DNA of 59,756 nucleotides from a virus (Duplodnaviria; Caudoviricetes): IMG/VR virus record IMGVR_UViG_3300029787_000037, positions 1 to 59,756 of that record; one strand, 5' to 3'. Shown piece by piece: positions 35,007 to 44,668 of this stretch (position 1 is its first letter; each line of letters starts with the position of its first letter). The notes under the pieces were generated by a model. It saw only the letters and a program-made list of their open reading frames with translations, ran no database searches and was not told where the DNA came from. The position numbers and the translations under genes were made by a program.

Positions 35007-36170
35007 ATGGCAACTCTTGGAATGCGGGGAACAGGTTCGTTTGCAGCGGACCATCGCCCCGAGAATTGGCGGCAGAAATATCTGATGTTAGAGCCTAATG
35101 GTTCTGCACCTTTAACTGCCGTGCTCTCCATGCTTCCGTCCGAAAAGACGGATGACCCTGAATACCACAACTTTCGCAAAGACCTCCCGAATTGGACAGG
35201 TCAGGTGAAAGCAGACATTGCTAGTGGTGCGGCATCATTCGAGTTTTCATCGGCTGCTGATGCGACCTTTGCTAGAGCGGGTCAGTTGTGGAAGAACGCT
35301 TCGACTGGTGAGATTGTTAAGATTTCATCCATGTCGGGTGCTGTCGCTAGCATTGTTCGTGGAGTCGGTGGCGGTGCTGCTGGTATGACCGCTAACGATG
35401 TTATGTACATGATTGGTAATGTGAACGCTGAAGGTTCGGCACTGCCGAGTTCCATCAGCTATGATGCTGCATCGACGGAAAACTACACGCAGATTTTCCG
35501 TACTCCCTACAGCATCTCACGTACCGCTATGCACACCAACTTCCGCACTGGTGATCAATACCTTGAGAAAAGCCGTGACGCTCTCAAAGAGCACATGGTT
35601 TCTATCGAAAGGGCGGTCATGTTCGGTAAGAAAAGTTCTGATGCGGCGGCTCTCACCGAGCGGACCACAGAAGGCCTTTTCACTTCTATCACCACGAACA
35701 TGAACGATGCAGCTTCTGCCTTTACGACTAACAACAAAGTCACAGAAGCTGAGTTTGACCAGTTCTTGGCAGAAAAAGCCTTCGCTTACGGCTCAAGCGA
35801 AAAGCTGGCTCTATGCGGTTGGAAAGTTGCTCACTTCCTCCAGCAGATTGGAAAAAATCGCTGGCAACCTGTAGACTTCAGCGACCAGTCTTATGGTATC
35901 TCTCTGACTACCTACAAGACTTTCGCTGGTACTCTCCAAGTGAAGACCCACCCGATGTTCCGTCAGATCTCTGGGTTTGAGAACAACATGATTATTCTCG
36001 ACACCAAAGACCTCCGGTATCGGTTTGTGGACGATACTCAACTCCTGAAAGATCGTCAGGCCGCTGGCACAGACGGTGTCACGGACGAGTATCTGACCGA
36101 GTGTGGTCTGGAAGTCCTCCAAGAGAAAACCCACGCTGGTATTCTCAACTGGAGCGTCTCGCCCATCTAA
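35007..36170 (+). CDS. Major capsid protein (SU10/DUF5309-like)
   Basis: NYTQIFR..YSISRTA, EH..SIERA..FG, YKTFAGTL.V..HP.F, DEYLTECGLEV..EKTHA. Confidence 0.9.
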   Translation: MATLGMRGTGSFAADHRPENWRQKYLMLEPNGSAPLTAVLSMLPSEKTDDPEYHNFRKDLPNWTGQVKADIASGAASFEFSSAADATFARAGQLWKNASTGEIVKISSMSGAVASIVRGVGGGAAGMTANDVMYMIGNVNAEGSALPSSISYDAASTENYTQIFRTPYSISRTAMHTNFRTGDQYLEKSRDALKEHMVSIERAVMFGKKSSDAAALTERTTEGLFTSITTNMNDAASAFTTNNKVTEAEFDQFLAEKAFAYGSSEKLALCGWKVAHFLQQIGKNRWQPVDFSDQSYGISLTTYKTFAGTLQVKTHPMFRQISGFENNMIILDTKDLRYRFVDDTQLLKDRQAAGTDGVTDEYLTECGLEVLQEKTHAGILNWSVSPI

Positions 36171-36172
36171 GG

Positions 36173-36242
36173 CCAGACAAAATCTAGACAAAACGACCAC
36201 TAAGGAGTATTCTTTAGTGGTCGTTCTTGTCTGGTTGTCTAG
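36173..36242 (+). terminator. Long inverted repeat after MCP (terminator overlapping a TAGACA-N17-TATTCT promoter)
   Basis: AACGACCACTAA/TTAGTGGTCGTT stem flanked by AGACA and TGTCT sites. Confidence 0.6.
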
Positions 36243-36252
36243 GAGATTTTAA

Positions 36253-36708
36253 GTGACAGATGCACCCAAAAGGAAAGCTCCAGTAAAAAAACCAACTAAA
36301 GAAGTCTTCTATTCTATGCGCCCCGATCTGATGGTGCAGATTAGAAACAAAGACTACGTTTTCCATAAAGGTAAGTTGGAAGTAGATAAAGAAATTGGCG
36401 ACCTTTTACGCAATCACATGCATTATCACAGTGGACAGATTGTCCCGTCAGATGAAGCTATTATTCTGAATGGTCGTCTTGAAGCTCGTAAAGATCACAA
36501 AGACCTTCTTGAATTACTTGAAGATAACCCATCGGGGTACATCTTCCGTTACAACCTCGGCCCTCATATGAAGATACCGATCCGAGGTAAAGACGTTGTT
36601 TTTGATAATCACTTTGCTGTTGTTAATCAGGATCAAGCTGAGGCTCTACGCAACCATACCTTCCTCAATCTAGGTAAAATTTCTGAGGTGAATGTAGAGT
36701 TGCAATGA
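36253..36708 (+). CDS. Hypothetical protein with two tandem small domains
   Basis: 'IRNKDYVF...LRNH' and 'IRGKDVVF...LRNH' internal repeat; AGGAG RBS. Confidence 0.65.
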   Translation: MTDAPKRKAPVKKPTKEVFYSMRPDLMVQIRNKDYVFHKGKLEVDKEIGDLLRNHMHYHSGQIVPSDEAIILNGRLEARKDHKDLLELLEDNPSGYIFRYNLGPHMKIPIRGKDVVFDNHFAVVNQDQAEALRNHTFLNLGKISEVNVELQ

Positions 36709-37424
36709 GTACGTCTTTAAACCTTAGTCAGTCTAGTGATAGAGGAGATTTCTCTGGGGGTCTGTATCTTGCTCAGAACGCAATGCAAGAACTTGGAGAC
36801 GCCGAGGCTTCTTATTTTATCACCGCTAACCAACAACGGTTTCTCAATTATGCAAACCGTGTGGTGACAGACGTTAACCGTCACCCAATGTTTCTAGATT
36901 TGTTAGATGCAGCCTATGACAATCAACAAGGCTCCATCTCAGCAGACAGTCAGACTTTGGTTCTAACTGGTTCCCCCACAGTAACCTTTAACACATATAC
37001 GCCAGTCAAAGTAGCTGGGGCTGGATTTAGTTCCGAGAGTGGGGGAGGTGCCGCCACAACGGCTGGTGATCTTTATTCTTTTGTGATCCGACAGACCACA
37101 GATGGTTCGGGAAATAGTGTGGCTAATTCCTGGCGATTGGCCGATACGGCTGGTGTAACCGTGACAGATGCCGTGGTGTCGCACCCTTATAGCACCCGTA
37201 TTAAAAGGTACACTGAGTTGAGTGCGGATACTTATAGACCCATCGATGATGAAGTAGTGGTCCTTGGTATTAAGAGTTATTTTATGAAGGATGACTCGGA
37301 CACCAATAACGCTGGCCTTATTACCTTAGCCCAGAACGAATACACACTCGCTATTAATTCGTGGCTTGGATCAATCGTGAATGTTCAAGGGAACCTGACG
37401 GTAGAAATTAGCGAGTACACCTAA
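36705..37424 (+). CDS. Head-tail adaptor (tail tubular A-like)
   Basis: Synteny and 'AQNAMQELG' N-terminal helix. Confidence 0.6.
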   Translation: MSTSLNLSQSSDRGDFSGGLYLAQNAMQELGDAEASYFITANQQRFLNYANRVVTDVNRHPMFLDLLDAAYDNQQGSISADSQTLVLTGSPTVTFNTYTPVKVAGAGFSSESGGGAATTAGDLYSFVIRQTTDGSGNSVANSWRLADTAGVTVTDAVVSHPYSTRIKRYTELSADTYRPIDDEVVVLGIKSYFMKDDSDTNNAGLITLAQNEYTLAINSWLGSIVNVQGNLTVEISEYT

Positions 37425-40273
37425 TGCCTCGTAAGCTATTTCCTTACGGTAAGTTCATCGGCTTGGACACAGTTACTGGACCTTTCAATAAAAGCGATAG
37501 GTATCTCGGGTGGGCCGAAGGTTGTTACACAGACTTTCGCGGACAGATCCATAAAGGACCTGGGTTTACTGTATCCCCTAAAGGAGGGGACAGCGAAGCA
37601 GACGCTTCCCAACTTCTCTATAATGCTTATGAGAGGGACAAGACTTACAGGGGGAGGTTTCTCCACGATGGTTCTGCCCAGGCAGAGCTTTTTCAGAATA
37701 GGGGATGGTATCAACATTTTTGGAATGTCTTCCATATAGGGGGGCATAATGTCCTCCGCATCTGGTGGGGTGGTCAACATGCGTCAAGTGCCAGCCTTTC
37801 TCGCACAGGAGATGGATCACCCGATAGTACAAACACTGTTCTTAGCGGGGGTATGAACGTCCCTGTCCAAGATTTCAGGTGTCTATGTGTTGAGGATTCT
37901 GGGAGCCAGCGTGTTGGGTTTACCCCACTGCTTTACTACGGGAATTTTCAAGGACAAACCGTGGGCTGGGGAGACGGTACTAACACCGCTACAAACTATG
38001 CTTCGGCTGACCACGGAGATTATGAAAACGTCACAAACCATAGCGATCCTGATAGTCTTGGTGGTTCTACTAGTCGGTTTAAAGCAACTAGTAACGAGAT
38101 CGGTAAGGACCTCGGCTTCGGTTTTTATCCGGTGAACGGCACGGGTTTTGAAACCAAGTTCTTCATGTTCATGCAACAACAGAAGACGTTAAGTTATTTT
38201 CAGAGGCCTGTAGAAGGGATTACCTCTGATACAGACGATGACACACCTACGACCTTTGATAATCAGCATAACCGTTTCTATTCTGCTAATGCCCAACCCA
38301 GTTCTTTGATTGTCACCTTCAGTGGGAACACTGTGACACGTAATGCTCACGGTTTGAGTGATGGGCAACCTGTCTCATTCAGTCATCGAAACTCTAAATA
38401 CGATTGGCAAGGCTCTCCAGGCTCTAACGGGTCTTATTCTAGTTTGTTTGTTTCTGGAGCTACTGATTATATCACGCTGACTGGACATGGGTTAACTGCT
38501 GGGCAAAGAGTAAGTTTTCATTCCCATGACGCAAAGTATGGACTGAGTGGGACAAGCTATCTCCCAACAGGGTTAGCTGAGAACACTAGGTACTACGTCC
38601 TTAGTTCCGGTCTTTCCACAGACACGTTTAAGATAAGTACCACGGACGGGGGATCTGCTGTCACATGGAGCGGTCAAGGAACCCAGTATCAGTCTTCTGA
38701 TATTCAGATTTATTATGACCTTCCTACAGGGGTGGTCAGGGGTAAGACTTATTACGTCATAAACTCTTCTACTAATGATTTCCAGATTAGCGAGACTGTT
38801 GGTGGGAGTGCGATAACGGCAAGTGGTTCAGGCCACGGCGAGTTGTCTATGCAATTATGGTCTGCGTACAATACATGGCCCAACGGAGCTTTTGGTGTGA
38901 CCGTACAAGGCCGTTTAGTGACGGCTGGCTTACACGGCCTAGAAAATGAACTACACATCTCCGGTTTGAATAAGTATTTCGACTGGCGCACGAATAGCAG
39001 CGGCGGTTCAACTTCTCTTGCTACAGATGGTGCTATAATCGATGTAAGCCAACAGTGGACAGCCATTGATCAGATCAAAGGACTTGGAGTTCTTGAAGGG
39101 GACAAGTTGGTTGTCTTTGGCGAGAACGAAACTCTGATTTATATTACAGATACCGATATTAACAACTGGACGATAGCTACTGACTTCCGAATTAAACTAG
39201 GCTTATTCGGTAGAAACACGCTAGCGAATGTGGGACAAGACTTATTCTTCTGTAGTAAATCGGGGATACATTCGATCCGTCGCGCTGTAAGCGGTCTTAC
39301 TTTAGAAACGCAAACCTACACGCGAGAAGTTTCGGACCTCTGGACTAAATTAGTTGCAGATGCCCCGAAAGAGGGCGAGCAAGGTAAGAGTGGTACGTTA
39401 GATCACGGTACTCAAAGTTCTTACGATAACCTCCACACTGTTAATCCAGAGCCTCACGCATGGTGGGACGAGGAGCTAGGTCACTATACGGTGGTGATCC
39501 CTACTGTAGATGCCACTAAATGGGCTAGGCTCATAATGATTTACGAGAAGGGGACAGGAAAAGGAGAGTTTAAAGGATTTACTTTCACACCACCCTTACC
39601 AGGGGATGTAAATGCGGACGATGGTATCGCCCCAGTCGCTACATGCGGCTCTTATTTTGGGATGCAAGGTTCTTCTCCTGAATCTTTCAGGGAGACGGGC
39701 ATCTCTAGTGTGGTTGTTGGCACCACGAAGAAGTTTGTTTCGTCTGGTGTCTCGGGGGTCAATGCAGCCCACCCGTTTTTCTTTCGCACCCCAGTCTTAT
39801 TTCAAGGACAACCAGATACTTATAAATATTACAAACGATTAATTATAAGGTGTCATGTTGTAGACACGTTGTCTTCGGACGGGGTTGCTACAGACGATCT
39901 GTTTCCACAGTACCTCGACTCCACTATGACGCTTCAAGTAAAGATCTATGATGAGCTTGGTAATCTGCGTCATACAGCCGAAGTAACTCCTGACGTTATT
40001 GCCCAGCCTATTGTTCATACCGAAGGTTATTTGAGTGACATTTTAGGACAATACAATCCCCTAGCGGAGACTGGTGATACCAACGATGTTGGGGTAAACG
40101 AATGGTCTAAACATCCTATAGAGATACCTATAGCTATTCGAGCACGGGGAATATCTATTGGTTTTGACAACAAAGCCTACATCTTCAGTAACTCAACCGC
40201 TAATGGTTGGTCCTACCTCAGAGCACACGGCTTTGTCTTCTCCGACTTCGGCTTAATAGTTGATACAAAGTAA
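37424..40273 (+). CDS. Tail nozzle / tail tubular B-like protein with inserted domains
   Basis: 949 aa, beta-rich; GRLV.AG, KLVVF, DLFFCS..GIHSI, KYYKRL patterns. Confidence 0.75.
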   Translation: MPRKLFPYGKFIGLDTVTGPFNKSDRYLGWAEGCYTDFRGQIHKGPGFTVSPKGGDSEADASQLLYNAYERDKTYRGRFLHDGSAQAELFQNRGWYQHFWNVFHIGGHNVLRIWWGGQHASSASLSRTGDGSPDSTNTVLSGGMNVPVQDFRCLCVEDSGSQRVGFTPLLYYGNFQGQTVGWGDGTNTATNYASADHGDYENVTNHSDPDSLGGSTSRFKATSNEIGKDLGFGFYPVNGTGFETKFFMFMQQQKTLSYFQRPVEGITSDTDDDTPTTFDNQHNRFYSANAQPSSLIVTFSGNTVTRNAHGLSDGQPVSFSHRNSKYDWQGSPGSNGSYSSLFVSGATDYITLTGHGLTAGQRVSFHSHDAKYGLSGTSYLPTGLAENTRYYVLSSGLSTDTFKISTTDGGSAVTWSGQGTQYQSSDIQIYYDLPTGVVRGKTYYVINSSTNDFQISETVGGSAITASGSGHGELSMQLWSAYNTWPNGAFGVTVQGRLVTAGLHGLENELHISGLNKYFDWRTNSSGGSTSLATDGAIIDVSQQWTAIDQIKGLGVLEGDKLVVFGENETLIYITDTDINNWTIATDFRIKLGLFGRNTLANVGQDLFFCSKSGIHSIRRAVSGLTLETQTYTREVSDLWTKLVADAPKEGEQGKSGTLDHGTQSSYDNLHTVNPEPHAWWDEELGHYTVVIPTVDATKWARLIMIYEKGTGKGEFKGFTFTPPLPGDVNADDGIAPVATCGSYFGMQGSSPESFRETGISSVVVGTTKKFVSSGVSGVNAAHPFFFRTPVLFQGQPDTYKYYKRLIIRCHVVDTLSSDGVATDDLFPQYLDSTMTLQVKIYDELGNLRHTAEVTPDVIAQPIVHTEGYLSDILGQYNPLAETGDTNDVGVNEWSKHPIEIPIAIRARGISIGFDNKAYIFSNSTANGWSYLRAHGFVFSDFGLIVDTK

Positions 40274-40288
40274 GAAAAACCGTATACT
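40260..40288 (+). promoter_or_regulatory. Sigma70-like promoter for acyltransferase/ejection operon
   Basis: TTGATA-N17-TATACT. Confidence 0.55.
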
Positions 40289-40359
40289 AGCCTTGACATT
40301 GCGGACTATTCTACGAGGCGTCAGTCAGACGAGAATATCCAGAGAATTGGATATTTTTT

Positions 40360-40866
40360 ATGCTGACCATCGCTCGTCTCAGTGAACAAGATCTCTCGAA
40401 TCAACAGACTGTGTCCTGTGGTTGCGGCAAGAACGCACGGGTGGATAGCCACGCCTTTAAGCGGGATTTAGCGGACATCACTCGGTTGATGTCTACCTGT
40501 AGCCATTATGGAAAATGGCCCATCAGAGCTATTGAACGGGTCATCGTTCCCCCCATCATTCTCCATCAATATAAAATCTTCCGGTACGCCAAGCAGCCTG
40601 TCGGCTTTGTGACATGGGCTTTCTTCTCCGATGAAGTGCATGAGATTTTTATAAACAGAACTCGTTTACTCCAACCCTATGATTTCACTTCTGGTGACAG
40701 ACTGTGGATCATGGACCTCTGTATTAGTACCGATGCACCAAAAGGTTTAGCTGCAAAAGCAGGGCGGTATTTGCGTAGGAAATTTGTCGATAGGAAGTAC
40801 CAAGGTGGGGCTTTCTGGAAGAGGGGGAACAAAGAAGTCAGAGTGGTGAGGTCTGCCTATGTTTGA
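40360..40866 (+). CDS. RTX toxin-activating lysine acyltransferase-like protein (HlyC family)
   Basis: SHYGKWP..IERVIVPPI..HQY...PVGFVTWAFFS.EV...LQPYDFTSGDRLWIMD aligns by eye with HlyC 'HRNWP...PAI..NQY...PVAYCSWA...EDWTSGDRKWFID'. Confidence 0.85.
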   Translation: MLTIARLSEQDLSNQQTVSCGCGKNARVDSHAFKRDLADITRLMSTCSHYGKWPIRAIERVIVPPIILHQYKIFRYAKQPVGFVTWAFFSDEVHEIFINRTRLLQPYDFTSGDRLWIMDLCISTDAPKGLAAKAGRYLRRKFVDRKYQGGAFWKRGNKEVRVVRSAYV

Positions 40867-42508
40867 TGAATATAACAACCGCCGTATGTGGACGGATAAT
40901 CCTCTTGCTAAAACGTGGGAAGAACTCGGCTTTAATGCTTATGAGGCGCGGCATTGTTGTTTTGATAGTGACGGTGGAGACGACGGTGGTGGCGGTGGGG
41001 ATAGTGATGCGGGTGATGATACCCTTACGGGGGGAGCGGGAGACGATGACCTTGGCGGTGGTTGGGATATGGACCCTAGTTATGGGTCAGATCTTCCTGG
41101 CGGTATGGACATGGGTGGTTCCGGTGGCGGTATCAGCACCGACACTGGTGGGTGGAGTGACGATTTCGGAATTGATTCAAATGATTCAGGGAGCCAGGGC
41201 TGGAACTTAGATTCCAACTATGGACAAGACTTACCTGGGGCAATGACGACGGGCGGTAGTACGAGTGATATTAACACTGCTAGCGGAGATATGTGGGGAG
41301 GTCCCCCAGATTTTGGAACCCCTATAGAGATAACCCCCAGTAAACTGTCTTACCCTCTTGGGCTAACTGAAAAGCAAGCAAAAGCCCTTGGGTTTGGAAG
41401 TGGTTTTGGGCTTAGAGGGGAGGTAGAAAAAGGGCTTAGAAGTAAAACGGACTGGAGCGACTCTAAGATCAATAAGGCTATGTCAACGATTGATGTCAGG
41501 ACTGGCACTGGCCCAATTAGTATGAACCCTGACATCAGTTATAACGCAAATCAGGCCGATAAGGAAGAAGAGGAAGAAAGCTGGTTCGACAACCTTATAG
41601 AGTTTTTCTTCGGCGGGACAACCACTGATAAAGATCAAGCCAATAAAGAGACAACGGCTGGTGTAAAAAGTGCTCAAGATAACATAACACAGACTGTCGA
41701 AGGCCTTCAGGCCGCGATGGACCTCAATAGCGGCCTTGGTAGTACCGAGATTGCAGATGTCTTTGGTCAAAACCCCAATCGGGGTAAAGGCTCTTACGAT
41801 GTCAACTCAGGAACTCTCACCAGTTACGGCATGAGTTCTGGGTTAATTGGTAGTCCCGCCACTAGCGTAGTAGCCGCAACCGTTGGTTTACCGCTAGGGG
41901 TACAAGTTGCTCGCGGACTTCTCGGTGCGGCTAGGGCAGAAACGCCGATTGATGTTATTAGCTCGGCAGCGGGACTTGCCACAATGGTGCCTAATGAAGC
42001 TATAGCTGGAATGGGTGCCTTGGTTGGCGCGGGTACTGGCGCAGTCAAAGGCGTTGATGCTCTTGGGAGTTTTGTGGAAGACGAGTTAGATATAAGCAAT
42101 CCTTTCTCTGGGCTTACCGATACGCTCAATCAGGGCCTAACTAATCTAGGTGGCTCTATGGGTGGCTACGGTACAACGGGTGGGACCACCAGTGGTGGCG
42201 GTGTATCAGGTGGCTTGGGTGGCTCAGACATAAATACAGATGTCGGAGGGGATGACTTTACGGACCCCTCTATAACGGCTCCCCGTTCTACCGATACACA
42301 AACTACCAGAACTTCCACGCCCTTAATGGAAACTACAGTGGCTGAGAACATGCCACTTAGTGCGACGACCTTTGGGAGACGCCCAGGACAAGACATGCCC
42401 TATGGCGTGGTAAGTCCCTTTATGAATGTGACAGACGATCTCAACAGTGTATCCATCGGGTCTACCTATGGATCACCTCGCGCTGGTCGGATGCGTCAGG
42501 CCGCTTAG
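40859..42508 (+). CDS. Putative internal virion/ejection protein, Gly/Asp-rich, with hydrophobic segment
   Basis: Position after nozzle and acyltransferase; HCCF motif, GDDTLTGGAGDDDL, Ala/Gly/Val-rich central region. Confidence 0.65.
   Translation: MFDEYNNRRMWTDNPLAKTWEELGFNAYEARHCCFDSDGGDDGGGGGDSDAGDDTLTGGAGDDDLGGGWDMDPSYGSDLPGGMDMGGSGGGISTDTGGWSDDFGIDSNDSGSQGWNLDSNYGQDLPGAMTTGGSTSDINTASGDMWGGPPDFGTPIEITPSKLSYPLGLTEKQAKALGFGSGFGLRGEVEKGLRSKTDWSDSKINKAMSTIDVRTGTGPISMNPDISYNANQADKEEEEESWFDNLIEFFFGGTTTDKDQANKETTAGVKSAQDNITQTVEGLQAAMDLNSGLGSTEIADVFGQNPNRGKGSYDVNSGTLTSYGMSSGLIGSPATSVVAATVGLPLGVQVARGLLGAARAETPIDVISSAAGLATMVPNEAIAGMGALVGAGTGAVKGVDALGSFVEDELDISNPFSGLTDTLNQGLTNLGGSMGGYGTTGGTTSGGGVSGGLGGSDINTDVGGDDFTDPSITAPRSTDTQTTRTSTPLMETTVAENMPLSATTFGRRPGQDMPYGVVSPFMNVTDDLNSVSIGSTYGSPRAGRMRQAA
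41198..41278 (+). repeat. 81-bp repeat, copy 1 (copy 2 at 43004-43084)
   Basis: 70/81 nt identical by manual alignment. Confidence 0.9.
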
Positions 42509-42517
42509 GAAAGTATC

Positions 42518-43951
42518 ATGGGTATATTTGATAAAGTTACAGATTTCTTATCGAAGCCAGTAGTTCGTGGTGTACTCGCTGGCGGCTCTGCTTTAGGCGG
42601 GATGGGTGCCTTTGAGGACCTAGATCAAAGTGGCAGCGGCGGTACGGATTGGAACAAGATTCTAACTACGGGTTTCGGTATTGGTAATATTGCTAGTGCC
42701 GCCTCAAGCGGAGATGCCCTAGCGATACCTCAAGCGGCTCTTGGTGCCTACGGCGCACTCCAGAATAATCAGATTGGCGGCATCGGAAACTTTGGCACAT
42801 TTGGCGACAGCTATGACAGAGTAATGGCTGCACCAAAAGGCTTCGGCTCAGGCGTCAGTGCTTTTTTCAAAGGCGGCTCCACAGCCCCAGCCGCCTTGTC
42901 CGCAGCTAAGACTGCAATCCCTGCGATCTCCGGTGTTAGTTACGGTAATGCGGCTCCAACCCCCCCTCCAGTTTCAGGACCCTACCAGCTTCCGCCACCG
43001 AACGGCTGGGATTTAGATTCCAACTATGGACAAGCCTTACCTGACGCAATGACGATGGGTGGTAGGATGAGCGCTATTAACACTCCTTCGGGCCTAGAGC
43101 TAAGCAACGCTGGAAAGGCAAGCGAATTCCCTGGTCAAGTGCCAAGCCAAATAACTTCAGCAAGGTCCGGTAGTAGCCGCAACTTACTGTCTTCGGGGGG
43201 TCGAGGACAAGACCCTCGAAACTTGGTGAGTCCAGAAGAGCGAGCAATATTCTTCCCGCCGCCACAAAATACCCCACAAGTATCAGGGGCCGTGTCTGGT
43301 GGACAGGTAGGGGACTACAACATCGGTAATACCAGATTGATACCGCCAAACCCCACACAGGCTGCTGCTAGTGTTCAGACAATGGTATCAAATAAAGCCG
43401 CTCAAAATACTCAGAAGGCCGCTGGCTTTAGTTTTGAAAGAGTGTTCGACAACGCCGTCAGTAAGATGATGGAGAACCCACTAGAGGCTGTCTCTGTTGG
43501 TGCCGCTGTCATCTCAATGTTCACTGACACCCGTGATGAAGATGCCGCTGCCGCTTATGCAGCGGAGATGGCGCGGTATCGTCAACGGTTAGACCCAAGC
43601 TCTAGCTTCGCCCAAGAGTGGCAGGGTGCTTACATCCAAGACAAGACGGATGAGCTTAACAAGCAATTCGCTAAAGCTGAGGCAGACCTTTCCGCCACAA
43701 TGGCTCGTCGCGGCATGACTGATAGCACGGTCAATGCAGCGGCTCGCTCATCTCTGGCTCGGGCAAAAGCAGAACTCGCCGCGAACTTCAAGAGTGATGC
43801 GTATGTTGCCTATGCAACTTATCAAAAGCAGTTGATCGCTGCTGAGAGATATGGATCGGCTAATGCAGCGACTGCTGCGAAAATCGCTGGCGGTACGGGA
43901 GCTAACTTCCAGAACACACTGAAGGCCGCAACTTCAGCGGTGGCGTCATAG
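42518..43951 (+). CDS. Putative internal virion/ejection protein
   Basis: Gly/Ala-rich N-terminus; C-terminal 'MARRGMTDSTV' helical region typical of ejection proteins. Confidence 0.7.
   Translation: MGIFDKVTDFLSKPVVRGVLAGGSALGGMGAFEDLDQSGSGGTDWNKILTTGFGIGNIASAASSGDALAIPQAALGAYGALQNNQIGGIGNFGTFGDSYDRVMAAPKGFGSGVSAFFKGGSTAPAALSAAKTAIPAISGVSYGNAAPTPPPVSGPYQLPPPNGWDLDSNYGQALPDAMTMGGRMSAINTPSGLELSNAGKASEFPGQVPSQITSARSGSSRNLLSSGGRGQDPRNLVSPEERAIFFPPPQNTPQVSGAVSGGQVGDYNIGNTRLIPPNPTQAAASVQTMVSNKAAQNTQKAAGFSFERVFDNAVSKMMENPLEAVSVGAAVISMFTDTRDEDAAAAYAAEMARYRQRLDPSSSFAQEWQGAYIQDKTDELNKQFAKAEADLSATMARRGMTDSTVNAAARSSLARAKAELAANFKSDAYVAYATYQKQLIAAERYGSANAATAAKIAGGTGANFQNTLKAATSAVAS
43004..43084 (+). repeat. 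81-bp repeat, copy 2
   Basis: Encodes GWDLDSNYGQALPDAMTMGGRMSAINT. Confidence 0.9.
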
Positions 43952-43960
43952 GAGATCATC

Positions 43961-44668
43961 ATGGCTGATTGGGGAACCATCGTATCGCGGATCGGTCAGC
44001 TAGCTGGTGGTCTTGATACGGCAATCGATACCAAAGAAGCACGGCAAGCGAAGTCCCGTTACGACAGATGGAAAGACATTGAGACATTAAAGGCTCGGTA
44101 TCTTCCAGCTATGATGCAAGAGCAAGGGCGTGATCGCCGTCACACAGAGCGAATGACGTTTGATGCGGCTAAGTTTGGTAATAAGCCAGCGACTTGGTCT
44201 GACTACGGTAAGGCTAATGAGTTTGTTAAGAGCTACATCGATCACTCTGGTATTTTTGCGGATCAGTTTACGGGTGAGGGCGGCGAGATAAGCGAACTAG
44301 CTAGCGGTCCTCGCGCCGAACTTATTGACACCCTCCGTAGCGGTATTGCTTCTAATCCAGACCTTATGCGGGACCCCGCTAAGGCAAGGGCTTGGGCAGA
44401 GCGCACGATCCAAGCACTAGGTCCAGAGTTTAAGACTGATCGGGATGCCAATTTTTTTCTCCCTGAAATATGGGAGGGTCGGATCAATCCGCGCTTAGAG
44501 TTCAAGGGTCCCGAGGGCGATAACATGCGCCGTATTCGGCGGGGTCTCCAGAGTATCAGTGGGCAAGCTCGTTTGAAGAAACTCGCAGAGATAAGAGCGC
44601 AGCTTCAGCAGAAGTATCCACCAAACGTAGCTAATTACATCCTTCGACAAATTACCAGAGGCCTCTAA
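43961..44668 (+). CDS. Putative internal virion protein
   Basis: AGGAG RBS; between ejection genes. Confidence 0.65.
   Translation: MADWGTIVSRIGQLAGGLDTAIDTKEARQAKSRYDRWKDIETLKARYLPAMMQEQGRDRRHTERMTFDAAKFGNKPATWSDYGKANEFVKSYIDHSGIFADQFTGEGGEISELASGPRAELIDTLRSGIASNPDLMRDPAKARAWAERTIQALGPEFKTDRDANFFLPEIWEGRINPRLEFKGPEGDNMRRIRRGLQSISGQARLKKLAEIRAQLQQKYPPNVANYILRQITRGL

Noticed and set aside
40360-42508. A secreted RTX toxin operon
   Set aside because: No type I secretion genes; only 1-2 N-terminal nonapeptides; context is virion morphogenesis
41198-43084. Diversity-generating retroelement template/variable repeat pair
   Set aside because: No reverse transcriptase in the genome; mismatches are not adenine-specific
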